From assembly GCA_012295275.1 (NCBI GenBank), contig CM022675.1, forward strand, positions 10,664,001 through 10,728,000: a DNA stretch of 64,000 nt. Reading direction: 5' to 3'. Shown here piece by piece: positions 14,248 to 25,837 of the stretch. Position numbers and translations under genes: made by a program. Position 1 is the stretch's first letter. The number at the start of each line of letters is the position of its first letter. Origin of the DNA: Chrysomallon squamiferum. Its lineage: Eukaryota > Animalia > Mollusca. A model generated the notes under the pieces. The model was not told the origin of the DNA, ran no database searches, and saw only the letters and a list, made by a program, of their open reading frames with translations.

Positions 14248-15425
14248 TTATAATAATGAGGATGATGATGATGATGATGATGAGGATGAGGATGATAATA
14301 AAACTATTATGATAGAACGAATCTTGGGGCTTGTGAAGTTTCAACAACCTTTCAATGGAAACAGAGATATTTTCACACTACCAGCACTAGGACTACTACT
14401 ACTACTGCTACTACCACTACTTCTGACACTACTATTATTATTACTACTACTACTATTACTATTATTATTATGATTTCTTTGAAATCCATTTTGCTGATAT
14501 ATATATTTATGTCTTATTTTAAACAGTTCTTAAATGTGACTCATTTATTTTTATCGTCTTTTTGTTTACATTTATTTTAACATGTTTATGTTGCTGTCTT
14601 TTCGTATTTTAGTTTATTGGTTTACACTGTAAAGCACCTTTGAACGTACTTAGTATATGCTATAAAAAATAAACAAATAAATAAATAAACCGTTATTGTT
14701 ACCACAACCATACCACCACCTCTACTACAACAACAACTACTGCTACTGCATTTTCTGCTGCTGCTACTATACTACTACAACTTAAACGTGCCGTCGTTTG
14801 TAAGAAGCTTGTCAAAAATGCCGTTTATTTGATAATTTAGCTGTACATCTAAGTGGAAAATAAAAACGTATAGTACATATATATATATACATACCTTGTT
14901 TTACTTCTTTTTCTCTTCTGTAGTAATGAATGTTACTTATTTCGAATGGTGCATCAATTTCTTGAAAATTCTTTACTTCCTTTGTTGAAATAAGTACTAA
15001 GACACTTTCTCAAACGATCAGTTTCTTTATAAAAACTCTGTATTTTACAACTCTATCCTTTTTCTCTGTTTTCGGATAAATTCGTGTGAATCAACAGATA
15101 TTTACCTATAATATAATAATGTCCGATATACGTTTAGACTTGATGAAGTTCCGATACCAGTTTTTAATTAAAATATTGCAATTTATTTCAAAGTTTTTAA
15201 AACTATTTTTTTGGTGATAAAAAAAAAAAAAAAAAAATAAATGTACGTTTACAATCCTGAGTTATTTATTATTTTTTTTTTTTCCTTTCTTCCACAAAAA
15301 CATCTATATATTTTTTTTATGTCCAAAGTCAGAATTTTTACAAAAAATAAAAATTTTAGAAAAATAAAAAAATGTGTATGTTTCAAGAAACAGACACGAG
15401 TGTCAATTTATTCCAGGACGATCGC

Positions 15426-15438
15426 AGGTCAAAGGTCA
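15426..15438 (+). promoter_or_regulatory. Perfect DR1 nuclear receptor element AGGTCA-A-AGGTCA
   Basis: Exact consensus inside the CpG-rich island at ~15390-15620. Confidence 0.55.
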
Positions 15439-15611
15439 CGCAGCGCCAGAGATACGTCCGCTAAGCTGAAAGAACACCATTCGCTTTTTGGCGTTTTTCT
15501 GGTACATTTCACTTGTCAAGTCGCGTTTCCTTCTTTTCTTCCGCACCGCGTGACTGCTTTTTTTCTTCTCCGTCAGACAAAAACTGAACACACGAGAACA
15601 CAGAGAGCGCC

Positions 15612-16352
15612 GAGTCTCGTTGTGAGATATATCTCGTATTTAACACAGCTCCGTTTCCATAAGTCACAAATGTTTCGTACAATAAATGTTTGATGTGATG
15701 AAATATATTTCCTATCTAACCTTACTTCCCAGACTTAAAATGTTCATGATTTTATAACAGGATGGTAGTCTCACTTGCTGAAATATATTTCGCATTTGAA
15801 AAAAAACGAAAAAAAAAAAAAAATATATATAAATGTTATATACTGGCTCGAGATGAAATATATTACGTATTTAACACAGCTCTGATCCCGTTATACTGAA
15901 ATATACAAGGAAGGAAAAACAACCAATAGACTGTCTTCTATGATGAAATAGATTTCTTATTTACCATCCCGTTAATGAAATTTACAAGCAAGCAAAGCGT
16001 CTGTGATTAAACAGAATTCACATATACCAGTTTCTCATCCCGTATATATAATATATATACATATACATACATAAGGAGCATCTATGATGAAACTGATTTC
16101 ATAATTTACCAGTCCTTTTATCCCAGCCGTGAAATACACACGTGAGAAAAGCTTCAGCGATGAAATAGATTTCGTATTACACAGTGTTCCTGTCCCGTTA
16201 CTGAAAACAATGTGAGAAAAACGTCTACGATGAAACAGATTTCATATTTTACCAGTCCTCTCATCCCCAGTCCTGAAACATACATTTAAAAAAAACAAAA
16301 AAAAAAACAGCGTCTGTGGTGAAACCGACTTGGTATTTTACCAGCGCTCAGA
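15612..16352. repeat. Degenerate tandem array of ~10 units of 63-90 bp with palindromic core ATGAAA-N4-TTTCAT
   Basis: Cores start at 15624, 15700, 15780, 15855, 15945, 16008, 16089, 16162, 16232 and 16321. The 17-mer CGTATTTAACACAGCTC is shared at 15635 and 15866. Confidence 0.8.
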
Positions 16353-16690
16353 TACAGATATACACTGCATTAAAGAAGTGAGCCGGGACCAAACCCTGTA
16401 GAGAGAGATTGCGAAGTATATGACTATTGGTCGCTGTCAGTTATTCTCAATACGTCTCCAAACCGCTTTAGATTATAATCATACGACGATACATTACAGC
16501 GGGATTCCTCTCCACGCTGAACAGATTGTATATTTTATATCTACCGGAGGAATCGCTTCTGCTTGAGATCGCGCGTTTTGAATTCTTAATTTAGAAGCTT
16601 CGTTTTGATCTGAGGGCTTCGAGAGACTTGTGTTTGTATACCTGGTGTGCCCCCGTTTTTCTTTTTAGTTCTTCATCTTTTTCTTTTTTT

Positions 16691-16694
<4 letters not shown>

Positions 16695-16786
<92 letters not shown>
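16695..16786. repeat. (CT)n microsatellite
   Basis: Seen directly. Confidence 0.97.
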
Positions 16787-16789
<3 letters not shown>

Positions 16790-17009
16790 TTCTTTCTTTT
16801 CTATCTATGTATCTTTTTTCTTTCTTTCTATCTTTCTCCTTTTTTTTTTACCTTGCATCTGATTTTATTTATTATTTTCTTCATAATAAAATTAATTTTA
16901 TACATAAGGCTATTTTATTTTCTTCCAGAACAATGAATCCTTATTCTCTGAATTTTATTTTATTTTAATTTAATTTATTTGTATGTTTGCTTATTTATTT
17001 AATTAATTA

Positions 17010-17035
17010 ATTTATTTATTTATTTATTTATTTGT

Positions 17036-17094
<59 letters not shown>

Positions 17095-17112
17095 TCTATT
17101 TATTTATTTATT
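17010..17112. repeat. (ATTT)n microsatellite
   Basis: Seen directly. Confidence 0.92.
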
Positions 17113-17521
17113 TTTAAAATTTCTATTTATTATTTTATTATTACTTTACCTCATTCTGATATATTTATAAAACAGCTAATGCAAATATTTACATAATAAA
17201 ATATGACTTACTACCGCTGTTGCAACTGTTACAACTACAACGACAGCTGTTTTGATTTATTTTGTAATTTTTCTATACATGTAGAGGGAAAATGAACATA
17301 AAAAAATGAATAAATGAATTTGCCATATTTACTGGCACAAAAAGAGTAAAAACGTTACAGTAGTAGCTGTATGAGTAGTTGTCGTAGACGTAGTAGCAGC
17401 AGCAACGGCAGCAGCAACAGCAACAGCAGCAGCAGAAATTATAACAATAATATCAATAACAGCCGCAACTGTGACAATCATGTAATGGTAGTAATGATAA
17501 GAACAGTACGACAATGATGAA

Positions 17522-17557
<36 letters not shown>

Positions 17558-17649
17558 ATATTAATATTAATGAGAAAATGAATTTTAAAAAAATGACAGG
17601 ACCAGCGACATAAAATACAATAAATAAATAGATAAATAAATAAATAGAA

Positions 17650-17660
17650 AGATAGATAGT

Positions 17661-17707
<47 letters not shown>

Positions 17708-17748
17708 TTGGGTAGGTAGACGGATAGACAGAAAAATAGATATAAAGA

Positions 17749-17787
<39 letters not shown>
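17650..17787. repeat. (GATA)n and (AAAT)n microsatellites
   Basis: Seen directly. Confidence 0.9.
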
Positions 17788-18459
17788 AAATTGTAAATAA
17801 TAAAATGGTCTCTTCTGATGGATGAAAGGAACAGAAATATAAAAGAAAGTCTCTCTCTCTCTCTTTTCTTTCATTCTCTTTCTTTCACTTTCAGTCCCCA
17901 TTTTAAAATAACAAATTACTCTGTATTTAACCCGTGAACTTATGAATCAAACGAAACTTATTCAAGCACATATCAGTCGCTTTTTTTTTTCTTTTCTTTT
18001 TTTATCAATATTTATACACATGCAAGCGACAACAGAATCGTAATGTTTAATAACAATAATGCGCTTTATCAAACTCGGGCAAAAGAACGATATCGTATTT
18101 TTAAAAAACGGTGAGAAGAGAAGGTACAAAACAGAAAAGAAGAAAAAAAAAGAAAGAAAGAAAAAGAAAGAAAGAAAGAAATTCACGCGTGTGCAGCTGA
18201 TTTTTGGCTCGCTTTTCAAAGCGGGAATCATTATTCGGAAGTTTTGTAAGAAAAAAAAGAGAGAGAGAGAGAAAGAAAGAGAGAGAGAGGGGTAAAAAAA
18301 AAAGAAGAAGAAGAAGAAGAAGAAGAAAATAAAAAGACGGGTCTGCGGAGTTGTGTTCAGTGAAACGAGACATTAGCATTTATTCAGGTTTAGATTTCTG
18401 TCGGGTGTTTGTACAATAAGTCAGCTTGAGAAGGTTTTTGTGCCCGAGGCGAGCTGTTG

Positions 18460-18492
<33 letters not shown>

Positions 18493-20497
18493 CGACGACG
18501 AAGTAAAAAGAAGAAGGAAAAAAAAAAAAGAAATTGCTGGGATTCATAGAATTGTCATTGCTGTGTTAGCCTCCCCGCAATGGCAGCTTGCAAACAACGG
18601 ACACGAATAATAGCAAGCACGCTGTTACTGTGTTCGTGGGCGGAGAAACGTTGTAAAAACGTAGTAGGGCATTAACTTGACGCTCACCGGGTATCAGCGG
18701 GGGGGGATAAACAAAAAAGAGGGGGGGGCTACCGGAGCGTGTTGGCTGGCGGGTTGTTTTTTTTTTTTTTTTAAGGAAAACGGATAGCAGTTATTAAACG
18801 TGAAGCGACGTCAAAAAGTCAGAAAGTTCCCGCGAGAAATCTGAGGGAATAAAACGAAATTGCTGAGAGCTATGGTGACATGAAAATGTTCGGGTTTGGA
18901 TAGCGAGTCACGCTTCAGTGGTTCTCGTTTTTTTTTTTTTCTCTTCTCTCTGGCGGACTGCTCTGTTGCTGTTTTTATTTTATTTTTTTTAAACTTTGCT
19001 TTTTGTTTGCCGGTGTCGAAAAAACGTAAAACGTGACAGTTTAAGCCCCATTTAATGTCAGAATAAATACATGTATGTGTGCTAGACTTGTTTAGGTCGA
19101 AATTTCCAGCAGTTTTTATTTTTCCTTATTTATTTTATTATTTTTAAAATTTTTGTCGTTGTTGTTGTTGGGTTCCTTCTTCTTCTTCATGTACTTCTTT
19201 TTTTCCATTGATCAGTACCCCTCGTATTTTTCAATCCTTTTTATTTTTAGCTTTCTTTCTTTCTTTCTTTCTTTCTTTCAGTCTTTCTTTCACTCTTTCA
19301 TTTTCCCTCCTTCGCCTAACCTCTTCTCTTCTTCTCCTTTCATCTTTATTTCCCCCTTATTCTTCTTCTTTGTTCTTTTTTCTTTCCTTCCTTCCTTCTT
19401 TCTTTTTTTCCCCTTCGTTCTTTGTTTTCCTCTTTTTCTTTCTTTGTTTTTTCACCGTTGCTTCTACTTTTTTTTTTTAAACTTTCTTTCTTTCTTTCGT
19501 TTTTTTTTTTTTTTTTCTTTTTCTTTTATTCCTATCCACGCTACAGTTCTGCTATCCCTCCTGTGATGGAAATACGGTTTTTAAACTGTGACTAAGGCTA
19601 CATAATGCAATGTTAATGTGATGCATAAAATATGCATCATTTTGTTCAGTTACGTGGGCCATTTAAAATTATTATAATCAGGCTTAGGAAAGAAACAGAT
19701 TTACGCCTATGGCTACGTGATTCATTATTATGAAATATTATAATGTCAGCTGAATGTAATATACAAGTCTGACAACAACAACAACAACAGCAGCAACAAC
19801 AACGACATCAAAAACAACAACAGTAATAATAATAACAATAACAATAATAATAATAATAATAATAGTAATAATAATGATAATAATAATAATAATAATAATG
19901 ATAATAATGATGATGGAGATAATAATGATGATGATGATAATGATAATGACAATGATGATGATGATGATAGTGATGATAATACTGACAGATGATGATGATA
20001 ATGGTAATGATGATGATAAAATGATAATGATGATGATAATAACAATAATAATTCTCATTGATAGAAACATGACAAATGGTAAGATATCCGTCTTTGTTTT
20101 TATTTTATTTTATTTTTTGTTGTAGTTTTGGTCTTTTTTCATCTTACGAATTCATTTCTTCTGTACTGACAGTACGTTTTCTTTCTTTTGTTAATAATTC
20201 ATTAAATCAAAGTAGTGATTAATACGTGCGAAAGATTTTCGCAGTGGGATTTGAAAATTTATTTATTCATTGACTTCAACCGTAGACATTTAAAATAAGC
20301 AAAGTCACCGTATGCATACTATTGCCTGTATTGCTTCTTTTTTGAAAGCAACAACCCACCTTTTCGAAATATACTTCACCCACGTAAAAAAAGATGCGAA
20401 AACAGACAAAAAAATAAATAAATAAAATAAATAAATAAATAAAAGGTAAAAAAAGAAAGAAAGAAAAGGAAAAGAAAAAAAGAAAGAACGAAAAGAT

Positions 20498-20531
<34 letters not shown>

Positions 20532-20775
20532 AAAGATATTGAAAATTTAAGAAAACGAATAAATGCATATTCAAATAAATCGACAATTTTCTTTTTTAAT
20601 TTAACATTACATTTCTCACTCTGTTTCTGTAGTCATTTCATTTTCTTTCTTTATTTCTTTCTTCCTCCCTCCCCGTTATCTAATTTTCAATTTCTTTTTT
20701 TTTTTTTTTTTTTTTTTTTTCTTTTTTTCGAATTACTGAAAATCGTGTTGTGATTAGCTAACTAATAATCGACGA

Positions 20776-20930
20776 GAGCGCGCTCCGTGCAATTAACACG
20801 TTTCAAAAACGATCTGATTGGCAACCGTTTATTTCATGACACGCCTCTGATTGGTTATCTAGGCAAAAACAAAAAGTGGCACGCGACCGAGTGATCAATT
20901 TCAATTCCACTTGAACTTTAGTCATATCTT
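20776..20930. promoter_or_regulatory. Promoter-like island with two CTGATTGG (reverse CCAAT) boxes 33 bp apart
   Basis: CTGATTGG at 20814 and 20847 and palindrome GAGCGCGCTC at 20776. The sequence is identical in the second copy. Confidence 0.45.
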
Positions 20931-21294
20931 CAAGTGTTCCAGACATTTAAGACGTCATCGTGAATTCTGTAACACACTCGTAAAGGTTATTTGCGAGTTG
21001 AAGAAAACGAATTAATTTCGAGCCGAGCCTGTTTAATTATTTAGACTTTGTCCGTCCGTCTGACTGCGCTGCGCGTCTCTGGCGTAGGTGTGTAGGTCAG
21101 AATTAAGTGCGATGGATAAAAGGATTTGGAAACATAATCTGTTTGTTTGTTGTAATGATAATCGTATTTTATAATCAAATGACAGCGGTCGAAAGGATTT
21201 GAAAAAAGGTCGGGAATAAAGTAAAATAATAATAAAAAAAATAAAATACTACTACTACTACTACTATTACTACTACTACTACTATTAATAATAA

Positions 21295-21330
<36 letters not shown>

Positions 21331-21883
21331 AAAAACAGTCAATTACTTTCTGATCATGTAAAGCAGACTTGTCAGACTCGTGGTCCTTTACAATCAAAAC
21401 TTCGGCCCAAAGGCACATCAAAAATTTCTACAAAGTGAGCACGTTTTATCTTCGAAACATATATATATATATATTTAAAACTTTCCTTTAAGCTAATCAA
21501 AGCCTGACTGACCAAAACTTGTCTTTTCTGATCAAAGTCAGAACTGCAGACATTTCAACCAAACATACCCAAAAACTGTCAACAAGAAAAGGTGTCAAAT
21601 CGCAGGACAAAACAATAAGAATGTTTGAACAATTAAATGTTAAGTTTTGAACTGTTGTAATTGTTTGTACAATGTAGGATAACTGCTGTTGGATACTGCA
21701 AATATATGTTTTCGTTTAAAAATTTTAATTTTTTAAGTCAAAACTTCTTCATTACTTTGTATTCATGAATGGTGCTAAATTGCTAAAATATTTGTATGCA
21801 CATCTATGTTATAGATTAAGCCTAGTGCAGACGAATTAAATATAAATTGATTATAATACGCTTTTTGTTTCCTAGTTCTGTTG

Positions 21884-21950
21884 GTGCGGCCCCAAACACA
21901 CTCAAATTTTATTCTGCGGGCCTAGGTAAGACTTGAGTTTGACGCCTCTG
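21884..21950 (+). mobile_element. Relic right end of a hAT (Charlie/MER30-like) non-autonomous element
   Basis: GTGCGGCCCCAAACAC...GCGGGCCTAGG...GAGTTTGACGCCTCTG resembles the recalled Charlie-type terminus (...GGCCC...TTTGACACCCCTG). No convincing left TIR or TSD. Confidence 0.5.
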
Positions 21951-22299
21951 ATGTAGGGTATATAGCAATTGCTCTGAATTCTCTCTTTTTCTGTCTCTAC
22001 TGAAACTAATTGGCAAGGCACCAGTTGTATGTGGTCTTATGGGAAGAAAGTCAAAACAACAAGAAAACATCCTTATCTGTTTCAAGTGGCGATAATAACA
22101 GTTACTTGGAAGTTGTTATGGTAGTAGTAGTAGTAATTGTCGCTGTAGTTGTAGTAGCAATGAAAGCAGAAGTAGCAGTTAAAGTACCAAATCATTTATG
22201 CATCTTCTAGAAAACCGCTGTAGGAGTGTATTAGTTGGTGTCTCTTAACAAAAGTTCATTCTCTGTTTTATGTTTTAAGTATAATTATATTAAGCCTCC

Positions 22300-22377
22300 T
22301 TCCAGACAACCAGAAAATCCAGAAATCCGGGTCAACATTGGTCCCAAGTTTACTTTGTGACTGGTCTGGCATCTGTA
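22300..22377 (+). mobile_element. Possible relic of a Tc1/mariner (Tigger/pogo-like) MITE end
   Basis: Repeated (A)ATCCRG/AACCAG subterminal-like motifs, then GGTCCC, ending in CTG-TA. Resemblance is from memory only. Confidence 0.25.
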
Positions 22378-22379
22378 CT

Positions 22380-22812
22380 AAAAGTAGTTGTGACAGTGAA
22401 AATAGTTGTGATGGTATTGCAGGTAGATGAAGTAGTAATATGGTAGTAGTATTATTATTAGAAGAAGTAATAGTTGGTACACTACTGTAATAGTGGTAGC
22501 AGTTGCACAAGTAGTGGTAGTAATAGTAGTAGTAGTAGTAATATTAATTGTAGCAGTAATAGTTAAAGTAGCAATAGCAGTAGTTGCTGTACTAATTGCA
22601 GTATAGACAGAAGTAATAATAATAATAGCAAAAGCGATAATTGTAATAGTAGCAGTATCAGTACTGCTAATAACAGTAACAGTGACAATATTATTAATGG
22701 TGGTAGTAGTAGTAGTGACAGCAGCAACAGCAGCAGTAGTATCAGTCGTAGTAATAACAGTATAATTAATAGTAATAGTAGAAGTTGTAGTAGTAGCAGT
22801 TGCTGTTGTTGT
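22380..22812. repeat. Degenerate (TAG/CAG/TAA)n low-complexity tract
   Basis: Seen directly. Its counterpart is at ~35395-35832. Confidence 0.85.
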
Positions 22813-25454
22813 TGGAGAGTGCTAAAAACACTAAAAATGTATGTTTATTTTGTAACACTGACATCTGGTTGTTTTCTGCCGCTGATCTGGGAAAATGAGA
22901 AGGAAACCGGAGTCAAGTCTCTCTCCTGACTGCTTCTTCTCTGTAATGTTTCTTTTTTCTTTTTCCATTTCTGAAACTACGGTGTCCTGACCTTTTGAAT
23001 TACTAATCTGTCTTTCTCACCTAACATGGGACAAGCAGTAGTTTTCATATCGAGGAGTCAATTGTTGTATTCGCTGGAAGATTAGGACCTTTTCGCCGCG
23101 TCACCGATCATCCGAAACCTGCAATTAGGCAAAGTGCCCGGGTCGAACGCAAACGAGCCACGGAGGTTTTTTTTTTTTTTTTTTTACAATGTGTCGCCTC
23201 CTTGTTTGTTAGACTTCTCAGCGGAAACGTCACTCCTGCATTGGCTGCTACCCTGTGGTTCGAGGTGACAGAAAGGAACCCGGGATAACCAGTACTTCTG
23301 TGGACGTTTTTAAAAGTCGTCGAGAATGGAGATGAATTATAGGGGTGTGTGTGTGTGTGGGTGGGGTGTTGGCGAGATCGAAGCAAGGCGTGAAAGGTGT
23401 GACAGTATAGGGGGCGAGTTTTAAAGCCGTTAGAATGTTGGCATGATTGATGAACGAAGGAGAAAAAGGAAGAAAGAATGAGTGAATGAATGAATGAATG
23501 AGAGAATGAAGAATGCGTAAGAGAAGGAATGATGTTTATTCGCGGATAAAGATGAAGTAAGAGAAAGAAAGGAAGAAAAATACATATACAAAGACATTAA
23601 AATAAAAATTAAATTAAATAAAAATGTATGCAAATGTGTAAACCAGATGACAATATATATATTTTTAAAGTTTTAACATTCTTTTATTCAGAATGTTCAG
23701 GCACATTAAATCAGGAATTAAGTAGTAGTATTTGTTATAAAGCTATGCAAATATTAACATTTCTTAATTTAATTTAAATATAATTACCATTTGCAGAGAT
23801 ATTGTCACAAGCTTCATTTTGAAACGATGTCATCAGTACATGTGATCACAAAAAGATACTTGTAGCTGTATATTAGTAATCATACTAAAGTAATTCTAGA
23901 AGTCAGAAAACATATAAAAACAGTTTATTTATTAATCATGTTATTTTGTATTTAAACATGATTATTTATAAAAAAACAGAACAAATTGTAACCATACATA
24001 TATATGTTAACAAAGCAAAACTATTCAAACAGAATCGACTACATAAAACTAACACAAATTCTAATTAAAATTATACTTTTATGGAAAGTGTAAGCAGATA
24101 TTTGAAATAGCTGTTTTAAAAGTATTATATTGAACTAAAAAGTATATTACCTGGGATTTTTCTAATATATTTTCTGATCAATAATGTATGTGCTGATGTG
24201 AAGATCAGAAATACAGTTATAATAACGCTGAAATTGCTTCGCCTTAGATTGTAACATAACTTTCTAACAATCGTTTACTTTCGTTTGAAGGTAAAATTTG
24301 GTAATAAAAAATAGATTTATTTCTCTCTCTACGTTTAGAAAACATTGATATATCCATCAAACAAGCACGCACGTGCAACTGAAGAATAAAAAAAGCACCA
24401 AATTGTACATTTCAAAATAAAAAACCAAATGTTACACATTTCATGTACATTTCGTTGTAAAGATTTTTTTAATTTACTAATCCATTGTCCCGAACGACTG
24501 ATTTTTTGTCCAACAAAATGTAAATCGTAATGGAACAATAATACTAAAAATTAACCTTCTGACACGGTAAACACTTTAATTCTAGATCAAAGGAAAGATC
24601 AATCTGCAATACAAGGGTATTTTACACAGAGCTGACACAGAAACAGACAAAAAAAAAAAAAAAAAAAAAAAAAATATGCATGGAACATGCCATGCGGAAA
24701 AAATATGGTTAATGTGTCTTTAACATCAATCTTTTTTTAATTACGTTAGTTTATGAACAGTGGGTTATACAATCACTTACAGTATCGAAGGTTGACAACA
24801 ATGGCGAAGCTGCAACAATACGTTTGGACATACCCCATTACCAACGCGAAGTTAAGAATTAAGTCATTATTTTTTCGCGTACTGCATAACAGCCGTTTGC
24901 GCCGAACTGAACACTGACGTAACGTAACCCAGGGTGCCGACTGAATGGAACTGTGGGAGTAAGCTAAAACTGAACAACAGGATAAAAGACACACAGAAAA
25001 TACAAAATAACAATCAGAGGTCTTTATTTCGATAACTCAATTTACAATGTTCTTTTTAACTTTCTCTTTTTCATTCTTCTTCTTTTTTTTTTTTTTTTGA
25101 ATCTAAATTTTTTTTTTAAAGAAAGAAAAAAAAAAAAAAATTACAAACCGTCCTGTCCCATCCATCACAATTATTTCAGGCATGTCGAATGTCTGTCGAC
25201 TGCCTGTAATCTTTTTTTTTCTTCTAAAAAACAGAGACAAATATCTCGAATTATACTGAAACGTTTTCGGAGGCTGGCAAAGTTGCGACTCCCGCTACGA
25301 GTACATGGTGAATTTCTGAAAAACGATTGCCATTTATTTGTCCACATCCCAGCAGTTTGCAAACACAATGAAATAAAAATAAAATCTGCTTTTAAAATTT
25401 CAAAAAAAAAAAAAAAAAAACAAGAAGCGAAAAGGCAACACGCGACACGTGCTG

Positions 25455-25552
25455 TGTGCATGCGCGGGTTTGAAACCCCCCCTTCGTTATTTGAAACAAA
25501 TACGACCCCCCACCTAATTTGAATCGAACACGAATTCTTATTTGAATCGAAT
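25455..25552. promoter_or_regulatory. Cluster of four TTTGAA (CHR-like) motifs next to an NRF1-like site
   Basis: TTTGAA at 25469, 25490, 25518 and 25541. TGTGCATGCGCG at 25455 and CACGTG at 25446. Confidence 0.3.
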
Positions 25553-25760
25553 GCGACCATCAGTATTAGCGGGGAGTTTCCAGCACGCGTTCGCCATTGA
25601 AATTGAAAAATGTTGTTTTTTTGTATTTTTAATGTCTAAGAAACAAAACAATTGCGCCAAAAATGTAATTTCGTTATAATTACTGTTATTTTTCTTTTAT
25701 TCTGAAAGATATGCATATGTGATGTGAGAGAGAGCAAGAGAGTTACAGAGAGAGACTGAG

Positions 25761-25765
<5 letters not shown>

Positions 25766-25834
<69 letters not shown>
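25766..25834. repeat. (GA)n microsatellite
   Basis: Seen directly. A longer allele is at ~38806-38891. Confidence 0.95.

Positions 25835-25837
<3 letters not shown>

Noticed and set aside
15612-16352. Array as CRISPR, C/D snoRNA cluster or decayed C2H2 zinc-finger tandem
   Set aside because: The context is eukaryotic, the spacers are homologous and there are no cas genes. ATGATGA...CTGA boxes are intact in few units and only ~35-45 nt apart. The period is not 84 bp and there is no Cys/His frame.
20851-20862. miR-9-like TTGGTTATCTAG
   Set aside because: The seed end mismatches, there is no hairpin, and it is better explained as a CCAAT box.
23021-23118. Minus-strand exon-like segment (TTGCAG| ... 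TAG|GTGAGA)
   Set aside because: It has stops in all three frames and a weak pyrimidine tract. At best it is a UTR exon, which cannot be supported here.
23249-23256. miR-10-like TACCCTGT (also ACCCTGTAGA at 16393)
   Set aside because: The match stops after 8-10 nt and there is no precursor stem.
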